Shown here in pieces: positions 11,265 to 21,531 of a stretch of DNA of 64,000 nt. The DNA is taken from NCBI GenBank assembly GCA_965197475.1, contig CBDANF010000003.1:640001-704000 (forward strand). Direction: 5' to 3'. This stretch comes from Candidatus Poribacteria bacterium. GTDB lineage: Bacteria; Poribacteria; WGA-4E; WGA-3G. A model generated the notes under the pieces. It searched no databases. It had not been told where the DNA came from and saw only the letters and a program-made list of their open reading frames with translations. Position 1 is the first letter of the stretch; each line of letters opens with the position of its first letter. Both the position numbers and the translations under genes were made by a program.

Positions 11265-11362
11265 GTAGATGCGGTTTCCTAACCAATGCAGAATGCCATA
11301 CGCGCATTTTGCCGAACCATGAGACTGAATAAATACCAGTTAGGTTGGGAAACCGAACCTAC
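11265..11362. repeat. inverted pair of GTAG-type REP-like palindromes
   Basis: gtagatgcggtttcctaacc ... ggttgggaaaccgaacctac between convergent genes. Confidence 0.6.
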
Positions 11363-11380
11363 CACAGTGTGCAAATAATG

Positions 11381-11403
11381 AGGCGCGCTTTATAAGCGCG
11401 CCT
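11381..11403. terminator. hairpin (terminator/REP-like) downstream of amtB; near-identical copy at 12945-12969
   Basis: aggcgcgctt-tat-aagcgcgcct; second copy taggcgcgctt-tgt-aagcgcgccta. Confidence 0.55.
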
Positions 11404-11428
11404 ATTCTTGTTAGGGGTTTTACCTCGT

Positions 11429-12898
11429 TTAGAGGTTATAACCACGTTCGTTGTGTTGTGATATGTCAAGACCCTGACGTTCATCATCCTCTTCAACGCG
11501 TAAGCCGACTATAGCATCAACGATTTTAAGGATTATGAATGAAAGCACACCGCTCCAAACAATGGTGATAACAATGCTAAGGAACTGCTTCCAAACCTGC
11601 ATACCGATGCTATTTTCCATTCCAACACCACCTAAAACTTTAGCAGTAAAGACACCTGTTAACAGCGCACCGACAATTCCACCGATACCGTGAACACCAA
11701 ACGCATCCAGCGAATCGTCATAGCCAAGTTTTGATTTCAAACTGGTGGCTCCCCAGAAACAGACAGCACCAGAGGCGAACCCGATAACAAGCGCGCCGAT
11801 CGGTCCAACTGTGCCTGAAGCAGGCGTAATTGCAACTAACCCAGCAACAGCACCTGTAACTATACCTAAAACACTTGGTTTACCGTGTTTGCCCCACTCA
11901 ATAAACATCCATGTAACTGCAGCAGTAGCGGTTGAAATTTGCGTGACGAGCATTGCCATGCCCGCTGTGCCATTAGCGGCAACAGCACTACCAGCATTGA
12001 AACCGAACCAGCCAATCCAGAGCATTGACGCACCGACCACGGTGAGTGTCAAACTATGCGGCGGCATTGCTGTCGTCTGGTAACCGAGTCGTTTTCCAAC
12101 TAAAATTGCAGCGACTAATGCTGCAATACCTGCGTTAATATGTACTACATTCCCACCTGCAAAATCAAGCGCACCTATAATATTGCCAAACAGTGAACCG
12201 TCGCCTGACCATGCCATGTGGCAAAGAGGCGCATAAACAATCAGCGACCAGACTGCCGAAAAGAGTAGCATTGCAGAGAACTTCATCCGTTCCGCGAATG
12301 CCCCAGCAATCAGGGCAGGTGTAATAATCGCAAACGTCATTTGGAAGACAATGAAAACGGTTTCGGGAATTTTTTCGGTCAGACTATCTACACCAACGTC
12401 TTTCAGGAATATATTGCCGAGTCCTCCAACAAAAGAGTTGAGTGTTATTTTCCCTGCCTCCATACCAGCGGTGTTGAAGGCGAGACTATACCCAATGACA
12501 ATCCATAAGATAGTGATAATCCCTGTTAAGGCGAAACACTGCATCAGCACAGAAAGCACGTTTTGCACGCGCACAAGTCCTCCATAAAAGAGGGCGAGTC
12601 CCGGAATAGTCATAAACAGCACGAGTGCAGTTGCAATAAGCATCCAAGCAGTGTCACCAGAATTTAGGGTTGGTTCTTCCTCCACTGCCGAGGCATCTTG
12701 CTGTTCTGTAGGTGCCTTTTGAGCGATTCGCAAGTTGCGACCTATCGGATCTGATGTATCATCTTGCTGTTCTGTAGGTGCCTCTTGAGCCATAATTAGA
12801 CTTGGTACACAAGATATCAGTAAAATTAATATTAGTGTTCCAATTAGCGTATAATTAAAACGCTTCATTGTTAATTGTGATGCACATCGTTGTTGCAT
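11429..12898 (-). CDS. amtB: ammonium transporter
   Basis: GDTAWML, PGLALFYGG, FQMTFAIIT, DFAGGNVVH, WFGFNAGS, DDSLDAFGVH; AGGAGG RBS. Confidence 0.95.
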   Translation of the reverse strand: MQQRCASQLTMKRFNYTLIGTLILILLISCVPSLIMAQEAPTEQQDDTSDPIGRNLRIAQKAPTEQQDASAVEEEPTLNSGDTAWMLIATALVLFMTIPGLALFYGGLVRVQNVLSVLMQCFALTGIITILWIVIGYSLAFNTAGMEAGKITLNSFVGGLGNIFLKDVGVDSLTEKIPETVFIVFQMTFAIITPALIAGAFAERMKFSAMLLFSAVWSLIVYAPLCHMAWSGDGSLFGNIIGALDFAGGNVVHINAGIAALVAAILVGKRLGYQTTAMPPHSLTLTVVGASMLWIGWFGFNAGSAVAANGTAGMAMLVTQISTATAAVTWMFIEWGKHGKPSVLGIVTGAVAGLVAITPASGTVGPIGALVIGFASGAVCFWGATSLKSKLGYDDSLDAFGVHGIGGIVGALLTGVFTAKVLGGVGMENSIGMQVWKQFLSIVITIVWSGVLSFIILKIVDAIVGLRVEEDDERQGLDISQHNERGYNL

Positions 12899-13143
12899 CT
12901 GTTTCCTCCTTAGTACTTATACAAATTAACTTGATCTCACTCGGTAGGCGCGCTTTGTAAGCGCGCCTAATACACAGAAAAATAAGATAATCCGGTTAAT
13001 TTGGTATTACAAGCGATGATGCTTGTTTGGTTATTTCTGTAAAGGCAGACAACTTTGTCTACCTTCCAATTTCAATTTTTTCGGGAAATAGTCTGACCTA
13101 CTAATGAAGTGCTACCGTTTATTCAGACCAAAATTTAGCAAAG

Positions 13144-13974
13144 TTAAGACAAGTTTTTTTGCTCAAATTCCACAGGTGTCAAATACCCTAACGCAGAGTG
13201 AGGGCGTTTGTGATTATATACTTGTGTAATAAAATGCCCAATGCGGGCTCTCGCTTCGTGGATGTCCTCATAGTCGTTGAGATGAACTTCTTCTTCCTTG
13301 AGCGTGCGGATAAGTCTTTCAGCATATCCGTTCTCCCAAGGACACCCTCTCCGGGCGACTGAAATCTCAATCCCATGATGCCTAAGCAATGAGATGGACG
13401 CATTTGAAAGATATTGAACGCCTTGATCAGAATGATGGATCTCTGGGACATTTTGACATAATGCTGTCTCCAAAGGTTTCAACGTTAGAGATTGCGTCAA
13501 GTGTTGACTGATATACCACCCTCTGATCATGCGAGTGAAGACATCCATGAGCAGACAAACATAGATAAAGTGTCCTTTGAGGCGGACGTAGGTGATATCG
13601 CCCACCCAGGCCTGATTACATCGGGAGACATCAAGGTTTTCAAGGCGATTGCTCCAGGGACGCACACCCGCAACGGATGTCGTGGTTTGACAGACACGCT
13701 TGACAGAAACCGAGAGGTTGGCGGACTTCATCAATCGGGCAACACGTTTATACCCGATGGTGTATCCGTTACGCACCAACAACTGTGTGGGACGCCTATA
13801 TCCGTATGTTGGATATAGCAAAGATAACGTCTCTATTTCATCCTGGAGGCCCGCTTCACACGGGGCCTGCTTGGAGTGATAATAGAGGTTGCTTCGGTTG
13901 AAACCGAGTGTCTCACATATCTGCCGAACCGAAAAGTCTGTCCGTAATGCCGTAACCATTTCTCGCTGCTCCAT
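13144..13974 (-). CDS. IS3 transposase OrfB (rve integrase core)
   Basis: YGYRR, WVGDITY, HHSDQGVQY, ENGYAERLIRTLKEE, YNHKRPHSALGY. Confidence 0.93.
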   Translation of the reverse strand: MEQREMVTALRTDFSVRQICETLGFNRSNLYYHSKQAPCEAGLQDEIETLSLLYPTYGYRRPTQLLVRNGYTIGYKRVARLMKSANLSVSVKRVCQTTTSVAGVRPWSNRLENLDVSRCNQAWVGDITYVRLKGHFIYVCLLMDVFTRMIRGWYISQHLTQSLTLKPLETALCQNVPEIHHSDQGVQYLSNASISLLRHHGIEISVARRGCPWENGYAERLIRTLKEEEVHLNDYEDIHEARARIGHFITQVYNHKRPHSALGYLTPVEFEQKNLS

Positions 13975-13979
13975 CGAGG

Positions 13980-14270
13980 CTAACTCAAGTAAGTTGAGGC
14001 TTTTTTTTGGATGTCAAGTGCCAAGGTCAACCGCCCAACGAGTTGCTCAAGTTGGGCGATCCGCTCCGCAGAGGCATCAGACTGTTTATCAGCGGGTTCA
14101 AAGAGGGTCGCCGCTTTTTCAAGAAGCTGTCGCTTCCACTTTGAAAGTTGTTCATCGATGAGGTTATGTCGCCGACACACTTCTGCTTGGGAACTTTCAA
14201 CGCTGAGAGCCTCAAGAACAACTTCGGCTTTAAACTCGGGGGTGAAGTTTCTTCGTTTTCGTTTCGCCAT
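13980..14270 (-). CDS. IS3 transposase OrfA (HTH)
   Basis: RRNFTPEFKAEVV...LSKWKRQ; A8G slippery run at about 14000-14008 followed by hairpin ctcaacttacttgag. Confidence 0.9.
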   Translation of the reverse strand: MAKRKRRNFTPEFKAEVVLEALSVESSQAEVCRRHNLIDEQLSKWKRQLLEKAATLFEPADKQSDASAERIAQLEQLVGRLTLALDIQKKASTYLS

Positions 14271-14583
14271 CGGATACTCCTTTCAAGGAGATGGATATTA
14301 TACCATAATCTTGTCTTAGAGAGCGGCCCGAATTTCCGATGGCAGTACATAACGCTTCTTAAAAAGAATGCCCAATTTCTATACGTATTGATTTAGCATT
14401 CTATCAGAATATCACAAAGGTTTCAAGTGATTTCAATCAAGGTCAAACAGCATGATACAGACAGCAAAATAGGAACGCCCACAAGCCAAGAAGTATAACT
14501 CAGGGATAAGTGAAACTTCCTGTGGGCGATCCTTATTCGGTTGTAACCTTAACCTCCAAATCGGAGGTTATCTGAAAATATGT

Positions 14584-15996
14584 TTAACGTATTGATGAGA
14601 CATTGAAGTCTGGATAGGCACTTGCACTGTGTTCTTCATAGTCAAGTCCTGCCTGTTCTGCCTCTTGCGAAACCCGCAAGCCTGTAACCGCTTTGATTGC
14701 GTAGAAGAGAATAAATCCTGTTACGAGACACCACGCAAGGACAGCGACGACACCGACGAATTGTGCCCAGAGTAGTCCGAATCCTCCACCAGCGAAAACA
14801 CCGCTCTCCATATCAAAAAATCCAAGAAGGAGTGTACCTAAAGCACCACACGTCCCGTGAACAGAGACAGCACCAACTGGGTCGTCAATGCGGAAACGTT
14901 CAAGCAATAGCACGCTAAGAACAACAACAATACCACCAAGTGCTCCCATAATAGCCGCGGATGTCGGACTAACGCCGGCACAACCAGCGGTAATCGTTAC
15001 CAATCCTGCAAGTGCACCGTTAAGTGACATACCCGCATCAGGTTTACCGAGAAATATCCATGCAGTGAGCATCGCTGTAATGGCACCTGCAGCGGCTGCG
15101 AGGTTCGTGGTGACGGCAATGCTGGAAATAGGTCCTGCATCTGCCCCCATCTGACTACCGGGGTTGAACCCGAACCAACCGAGCCACAAGATAAAGACAC
15201 CAAGTGCAGCAAGTGGTAGATTATGTCCTGCAATCGGTCTCGGTTTACCCTCGCCATCATATTTTCCAAGCCGTGGACCTAAGACGATAGCACCCGTCAA
15301 TGCAAGCCAACCGCCTGTTGAGTGGACAACTGTTGAACCAGCAAAATCGGACATGCCCAAATCTGATAACCAACCGCCACCCCAAATCCAGTGACCAACA
15401 ACAGGGTAGATGATACCGGTGATAAAAATACTATAGATTAGGTAGCTTTTAAATTGTGTTCGTTCCGCCATTGCACCGGAGACGATAGTCGCAGCGGTTG
15501 CGGCAAAAACGAGCTGGAAGAGCCATGCTGCGTGCGTCGGCACAGAACTCCACTCTAATGAACTAAACACACCGGATTCAGTTGGAACAAACCATCCGCT
15601 TGTTCCCATGAAGGCATTACCAGCACCAAACATTATGGCAAAACCAATTGCCCAATAAGCGATTGAGCCCATTGAGAAGTCCATCAGGTTTTTCATGAGA
15701 ATGTTAACTGCATTTTTGGCACGTGTGAACCCAGCTTCCACCATAGCAAAACCTGCCTGCATAAAGAAAACGAGAAATGCAGCGACAAGCACCCATAATG
15801 TGTCTGCATTATATTTCGATTCTTCAACCTTAGTCTCATACACATCTTCATCAATCTTTGTATATTTCGCTTTCGCCTCATCATCAAGTTTGTTATATGC
15901 CTCTCCATCAATCTGCATTGATCCATCTAGGGCGAAAGCGTTCATGCTCAGTAGACAAGCCAGGATGAGAACCGTTATTATAAATACTTTATTCAT
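14584..15996 (-). CDS. amtB: ammonium transporter (second, divergent paralogue)
   Basis: FMQAGFAMVEAG, FQLVFAATAATIVSGAMAER, DFAGSTVVH, WFGFNPGS, DDPVGAVSVH. Confidence 0.95.
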   Translation of the reverse strand: MNKVFIITVLILACLLSMNAFALDGSMQIDGEAYNKLDDEAKAKYTKIDEDVYETKVEESKYNADTLWVLVAAFLVFFMQAGFAMVEAGFTRAKNAVNILMKNLMDFSMGSIAYWAIGFAIMFGAGNAFMGTSGWFVPTESGVFSSLEWSSVPTHAAWLFQLVFAATAATIVSGAMAERTQFKSYLIYSIFITGIIYPVVGHWIWGGGWLSDLGMSDFAGSTVVHSTGGWLALTGAIVLGPRLGKYDGEGKPRPIAGHNLPLAALGVFILWLGWFGFNPGSQMGADAGPISSIAVTTNLAAAAGAITAMLTAWIFLGKPDAGMSLNGALAGLVTITAGCAGVSPTSAAIMGALGGIVVVLSVLLLERFRIDDPVGAVSVHGTCGALGTLLLGFFDMESGVFAGGGFGLLWAQFVGVVAVLAWCLVTGFILFYAIKAVTGLRVSQEAEQAGLDYEEHSASAYPDFNVSSIR

Positions 15997-16178
15997 TTAT
16001 AAGATCTCCTATGTTTCAATAAAACTGCTTTTCTTAGAACTCCGAAGAACTGAAAGTTTAAACCCGTTCGGCGATATTTTGGGTTCATCGCGAATCACTC
16101 GGTAATTGTTTGCCTCGGATTCGCGATGAACCTAAGTGAAGCACAGCCGAGAAGTTGACCTCACTGTTACGTTTCTTC

Positions 16179-16910
16179 TTACCAAGAACGGAGGAACGTC
16201 ATCCTACCGGTAATTCCCGAATCTTCCGAATCGTCGTCAAGTTGGGTTTCAAAACCGACAAAGAGCCCGAGCGTATTATTTTCACCATAGCCAAGGTTGA
16301 TACGTCCACCAACAACAAGACTACTAAGTCCTGTTTCAGTTTCTTCCTCTAAACCCTTTAATATGATTCCTGCTTCTACCTGCGGTCCGATAGCGACAGT
16401 ATCATTGAGTGAATAGAGGAGAAAGTCACGAGTATAGAGAGAATCATCACCGTAATCAAATGGCGTATTGAAAAACCCTTGTATCCAAGATTCAAAATAG
16501 ATAGAACCTGCGGATAAATAGGTAAACAGCTGTGGTGCAATCAGAGAGGAGGGACCGTTTGCTGAAGCATAATCAAACCCAATACCGACCATGGGGAGGA
16601 AAGTAAGTGACATTGAATCGCTATCAACAACCGGAATGCCAAGGCCGAGGTCAAACTCTGCAAAGGTGCCTACAACATAAATATCGCTATCTATAGATAT
16701 ACTTCCCATGGGATGGCTTGCACCAAACCAGATTTGTGTTCCGAGGCTATCTGTATCAGTACGGAACCAACCTGAAATACTCGATTCTTTTTCCATTGCC
16801 ATCTCTTCACCCTCTTCGTGGCTGTCAGCATAAACCGTGGAAATGCTACCAACTGCGAGGATGCAAACTATTGCCAACAATTGCGGTAACCAAAATGCTT
16901 TAATTTTCAT
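16179..16910 (-). CDS. putative outer-membrane beta-barrel (porin-like) protein
   Basis: AAGGAG RBS, signal peptide, alternating amphipathic strands, C-terminal aromatic (TFLRSW); first gene upstream of amtB. Confidence 0.6.
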   Translation of the reverse strand: MKIKAFWLPQLLAIVCILAVGSISTVYADSHEEGEEMAMEKESSISGWFRTDTDSLGTQIWFGASHPMGSISIDSDIYVVGTFAEFDLGLGIPVVDSDSMSLTFLPMVGIGFDYASANGPSSLIAPQLFTYLSAGSIYFESWIQGFFNTPFDYGDDSLYTRDFLLYSLNDTVAIGPQVEAGIILKGLEEETETGLSSLVVGGRINLGYGENNTLGLFVGFETQLDDDSEDSGITGRMTFLRSW

Positions 16911-17052
16911 TAAAATCTCCTTAGTAAAATAATATTCAAGCACCGCATTTGTGGTACTGGAATACGTTGTGTGCCAGTTTACGAAAACAAATCTTGATTC
17001 TGGCATCAACTTGTGATAGAATCTGTGCTTAGTTGCACTGCTTATGGTATAA

Positions 17053-17067
17053 GCAATATGCGTGCCA
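17053..17067 (-). promoter_or_regulatory. sigma54 (-24/-12) promoter
   Basis: Minus strand reads TGGCAC-GCATA-TTGC, about 140 bp upstream of the porin-amtB cluster. Confidence 0.85.
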
Positions 17068-17232
17068 ATTGTGTTTTCTATACGTTATTGGTGATTTTGC
17101 ATGGAAACCTGATAACGTTGGAAAGGTTGGGTAAACATAAGACGTGTCCTTATTGTGAGAAAGATTCTGTTTTATAGATGTTGGCTTATAGCATACGCTC
17201 TGCACAGTTTTGAGGAGTAGTTTCTTAGGAAA

Positions 17233-18657
17233 ATGCTGAAATTTTCATCACAAAACTGCCTAAAAAATAAGCATATTTTGCTCATCTGTATAGTCGGCAT
17301 CGGTGCATTCCTTCGATTTTGGCATCTTGGGCAGTGGAGTTTCTGGATTGATGAGGTGCTCACAGTACTTGATGCTAAAGAGTTTTCCATCACCAATTCC
17401 CCGATTAATCCTATACCCTATATCACTGCCAAGTTATCCGTTTTTATAGGTGAAAAGTTATCATTTCTAATTAAGAGTAGTAATGAATGGAACAGTCGCC
17501 TGATTTTTTGTATCGCAGGCATATTATCCATTCCAATCGTCTTTAGCTTAGGACAGACATTATACAACAATAGAGTTGGATTGTTAGCTGCGGCATTTGT
17601 TGCGTTGTCAAGTTGGCATCTATTTTGGTCACAAAACGCTCGTTCATACATCCTAACATTTCTGTTTGCTGTGTTGGCAGCGTGGTTTTTCTACCGAGCC
17701 TTAGAAAAAGACTCAACACTATTGACAATATGCGCCCTCTTTTTCTGTATCTGCTTGATCTTGTCGCACCTGCTTGCTGTAGCAATTGTGCCTGCATTGG
17801 CAGTCTATGCAATACTTCAGTTGTTAGCCGAACGCAACCGAAAACGATGGGTAAATCTGCTGATATTTTTTGTGCCGTTTGCCTTACCTGTGCTTATGCT
17901 TGCACTGCCACAAATTCGCGGTTATATATCTTCTGGATGGGGACATAATGAGTGGGGACGTAGTCCAATCTATATTGTCCTAACAATTGTCCAAGGGGTT
18001 AGCATTCCGATAGTTGTTGCTGCTTTTTTTGCAGGAATTGTAAAACCTCTTGACCGTCCTACCATGTTTTTAATCTGCTTCGCTGGTGTGCCTTTTGTAC
18101 TTCTACTGATTGCGTCTCAGTTGCAGAACGTAGCAGGCTATTATCTGTTTTGGACAACACCCGCGTATTTTATCCTCGCTGCAGTTGCATGTGAATGGGT
18201 CTGGAAGGGAATAAAATTGGAAGGCAGCAGTGGCACATTGCGTATACTCGTGCCGTGTGTGATTCTGGTGACGCTATTTTCGCAAGACTTTCTCTATTTT
18301 CGGTTTGAAAATGGTGGGAGACCCACATGGAGAGAGGCGTTTGAAGCCATTCAGGCAGAGCATAAGCCTACTGATAAATTGGTCCTATCGGAACCCGAAA
18401 TGGCTCGGTATTATATGCCAGCATCAGAGGCGGTTGATATTGATAAGTTGGTAAAGGACAAGGTAGCTTTTGAGAAAGAGTGGAAAAGTTCAGGCGGGGA
18501 AAGGTTGTGGTTTGTCGTAGACGTAGCAAGTTTTAACGTCTTTGATGCGGATATGTCCGTTCGTAATTGGATTCGTGAAAGAGGACATTTGGTAAAAACG
18601 TTACCGGCTTACTCGCGGGCAAAAGACAGAACGATTCATATCTATCTGTTGGAATAA
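17233..18657 (+). CDS. GT-C (GT39/PMT-like) membrane glycosyltransferase
   Basis: LRFWHLGQWSFWIDE, WSQNARSY, many TM helices. Confidence 0.8.
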   Translation: MLKFSSQNCLKNKHILLICIVGIGAFLRFWHLGQWSFWIDEVLTVLDAKEFSITNSPINPIPYITAKLSVFIGEKLSFLIKSSNEWNSRLIFCIAGILSIPIVFSLGQTLYNNRVGLLAAAFVALSSWHLFWSQNARSYILTFLFAVLAAWFFYRALEKDSTLLTICALFFCICLILSHLLAVAIVPALAVYAILQLLAERNRKRWVNLLIFFVPFALPVLMLALPQIRGYISSGWGHNEWGRSPIYIVLTIVQGVSIPIVVAAFFAGIVKPLDRPTMFLICFAGVPFVLLLIASQLQNVAGYYLFWTTPAYFILAAVACEWVWKGIKLEGSSGTLRILVPCVILVTLFSQDFLYFRFENGGRPTWREAFEAIQAEHKPTDKLVLSEPEMARYYMPASEAVDIDKLVKDKVAFEKEWKSSGGERLWFVVDVASFNVFDADMSVRNWIRERGHLVKTLPAYSRAKDRTIHIYLLE

Positions 18658-18665
18658 GATATATT

Positions 18666-19670
18666 TGAAGTCATATTGAGTAAAACATAAGGATGTGGTA
18701 AAATAGGGAAAGAAAAGGGTATAATTTATGTCCCTTTCTTTCCACTTCAGATACCGCTTTACTTTATGAAAGGTGTTATTATGGCAAACGAGGCTCAAAA
18801 ATCACCAAAATACAAATGTATTCCCAAACAGGTTTCCCGTAAAGATTTCAATCGTTATATCTTACCACATTTAGCGAAACGAGTCAAAGGCCCGAAACCG
18901 AAACTCTCCTTGGACAAGATATTCAACTATATCCTCTATGTTTTACATACGGGTATTCAATGGGATCAACTCCGAACCCGGCATCCTGAACTCCATTGGT
19001 CTAATATCTATAAATGGCATAATCGGTGGTCAAAAGATGGCTCGTATCAGAAACTTTTTGAGGCATCAGTGATACACGTGCTTGACACCGACCAACTTGA
19101 CACCTCTCAACTTCATGGAGATGGGTCAAATACCGTCGTGAAAAAAGGGGTGACAACATCGGTTATTCAGGCCACAAACATCAAAAAGGTGAAAAAGAGT
19201 TGATCATCACTGACAATCAGGGGTTCATCATCGGTCCGATAACCATCAAACCTGTCAACCAACATGGGACAAAGATTTTGCCCGAAGCATTCACCGATCT
19301 TATCGCCTTTGCTAATCGTATTGGAATGGATCTTAGTGCTTCCGCTCTAACACTGGATTCCGGTTTTGATTCCAAAGAGAATCATAAGATTATCAAACAA
19401 CACGGGCTTATCCCAGTGATATATCCGAACCGGCGGAATGCCAAAGAACCTATTGTAATTGCCCGTCCGTTCCGGTGGTTTAACAAGGAAATGGACAAAG
19501 ACCGATATAAAGTGGAGCGAACCTTGGGTTGGCAAGGGACTTATCGGAAACTCGCCCTTAGTTATGATAAACTCAAAGAAACCCGTTTAGGTTTTCGTAA
19601 TTTAGCATATTCAATGATAAACTTTTGGAGAACTTTCAACGATGCTTAGCTCTTACTCGCTATGAGTTCA
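18666..19670 (+). mobile_element. IS5-family insertion sequence
   Basis: Imperfect IRs tgaagtcatattgagtaa / ttactcgctatgagttca enclosing a split transposase. Confidence 0.75.
18781..19649 (+). CDS. IS5-family transposase (two ORFs joined by a -1 frameshift)
   Basis: YVLHTGIQW...HNRWSKDG, HGDGS, A6G4 at 19141 shifting into GDNIGYSGHKHQKG, TLDSGFDS, RYKVERTLGW. Confidence 0.85.
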
Positions 19671-19682
19671 CAAGTATGAATC

Positions 19683-19913
19683 CTATAGAAACTTCAAAAT
19701 TGCGTGGAGTGCGGTGCTGAGCAAATAGATCGCGAGTAGCATGCCAAATATTTTCCACCACACACCGCTGACAAGTTCACTACTTCGTCTAAATGCGTCC
19801 CTTACCAAGGACGATTCAAGTATGACGGTTGCAACGAAAAAGCCCCAACGCACCGCAAAATAGATAGCAAACGGTATACCATTGTTTTGTTCTAACATAT
19901 TTTTTCCATTCAA
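19683..19913 (-). pseudogene. remnant of a membrane protein next to the IS5 element
   Basis: GIPFAIYFAVRWGF...AFRRSSELVSGVWWKIFG looks like an internal fragment; no good start. Confidence 0.45.
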
Positions 19914-20196
19914 CCAGAAATTCCGTTTTTATCAGCTTAGTCCATGGCAAGATTCCAATATGCTACTGCAAATGTAAGAGGTGTCAACGGTTCATAACAT
20001 TCGGTGTAACTCGCAACCATAATTATTATAACCTAAATCGCATCTTAAATGGTAATCGTTTTGATTGTAAGTTAGTTTTCCATTCTGGATTAGTATCAGC
20101 ACACGTGAGGTTGAATTGAAATTAATTGTAAGTTTCTCTATAGAATGTGCTATACTTAAACTTACGGTCTCAAATGATGATTGAGGAGGTGACAAG

Positions 20197-21528
20197 ATGA
20201 GCATTACCCAATTCACAATGGAAGAGGTTCGCTGTTTTGGTGAACAGCAGACACTTGAAATTCGCCCGCTAACGTTTTTAGTTGGTGAAAATAGCACCGG
20301 TAAAACAACTGCTCTTGCTTGTTTTCATGTATTAGCAAACTTTTTTCAAAGTAAAGGAGTCGATTTCAATGCAAAACCCTCAAATTCACACCCTTATTCC
20401 TTAGGTACTTTCAAGGATATTGTAAGAAATAGCAAAAAAAAAGATAAATTATTTAAACTTGGATTTGCTTCTCAATATGCTAATGAAGAAGTTAAATGGA
20501 CATTTGAATTTGTTGAAAAAAAGAATGGAATTGATCCAGTTATTAATTCAATTACAATAGAACTTTCAGATGGAAAAATCATAATAGAAACTGAAGATAA
20601 AACCAAAGAAATAATGGATATGTGGCCACTTTTTGATTCTTTTGATGAAGAACTGAATCAGTACCGCATTACTTGTGATAAGGATATGTTGGAAATGTTT
20701 TCTGTTTTATTTGTACTAAGTCCTTTCATAAGACAACCCGTTGAAGAAAATCGCTTTTCTCTATTTTTGCAGCAAAAGAGTACTACATCTAAAATGAATA
20801 GATATGACCTTTTGAACATCTGGGATACCATCAATGTGTTTAGTACATCACCGGTTCGATCACGTCCTCAACGCACTTATGATCCTACAAGGGAATTTAA
20901 GGATCCAGAGGGAAGTAATGTCCCGATGTTACTTATGCGGTTTGAGGCAACTCAAAATAAGCTTTGGGAGGAACTTAAACAACAATTAGTTGAATTTGGT
21001 AAGAGTTCAGGTTTATATCAGAACATAGAAATAAAGAATTTTGGGCGTGCCCTTGGAACTCCTTTTCAATTACAATTCAAAATACATGGGCCTAAGGTTA
21101 ATATCATTGATGTTGGCTACGGTATCAGTCAAATATTGCCAATGTTGGTGCAGATATTTGATCCAGTTATTTCTTATAATACTTCAAATGATTCAAACTA
21201 TTTCTTATTACAACAACCTGAAATTCATTTACATCCAAGGGCTCAGGCAGAACTATCTTCTTTATTCGCGAAATTGGCAAGCCAAGGAAACCGGTCATTT
21301 ATCATTGAAACACACAGCGACAACATGATTGACCGTGCCCGCATTGACATAATGAAAGGCAATATTAGTCCAGAAGACGTGTCCCTCATTTATTTTGAAC
21401 CGGTAAAGAATATCGTTAAGGTGCATAACATCGGTTTTGATGAAATGGGGAATCTCATCGGTGTACCGACACATTATCGGGATTTCTTTCTAAAAGAGTC
21501 TAAACGACTTATGGGTTTTAAGGAATAA
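20197..21528 (+). CDS. AAA/ABC-type ATPase (AAA_21/DUF3696-like)
   Basis: GENSTGKTT Walker A, DVGYGISQILP, LLQQPEIHLHP, IIETHSD; GGAGG RBS. Confidence 0.85.
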   Translation: MSITQFTMEEVRCFGEQQTLEIRPLTFLVGENSTGKTTALACFHVLANFFQSKGVDFNAKPSNSHPYSLGTFKDIVRNSKKKDKLFKLGFASQYANEEVKWTFEFVEKKNGIDPVINSITIELSDGKIIIETEDKTKEIMDMWPLFDSFDEELNQYRITCDKDMLEMFSVLFVLSPFIRQPVEENRFSLFLQQKSTTSKMNRYDLLNIWDTINVFSTSPVRSRPQRTYDPTREFKDPEGSNVPMLLMRFEATQNKLWEELKQQLVEFGKSSGLYQNIEIKNFGRALGTPFQLQFKIHGPKVNIIDVGYGISQILPMLVQIFDPVISYNTSNDSNYFLLQQPEIHLHPRAQAELSSLFAKLASQGNRSFIIETHSDNMIDRARIDIMKGNISPEDVSLIYFEPVKNIVKVHNIGFDEMGNLIGVPTHYRDFFLKESKRLMGFKE

Positions 21529-21531
21529 ACT

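Larger units (their letters stand above)
13105..14349 (-). mobile_element. IS3-family insertion sequence with 3-bp target duplication TAA
   Basis: TG...CA imperfect IRs (tgtactgccatcggaaattcgggcc / tgaagtgctaccgtttattcagacc); TAA at 13102-13104 and 14350-14352. Confidence 0.92.

Noticed and set aside
16020-16170. Glutamine riboswitch before amtB
   Set aside because: Only a simple long hairpin (ggttcatcgcgaatc/gattcgcgatgaacc) is present; I do not see the glnA-motif consensus.
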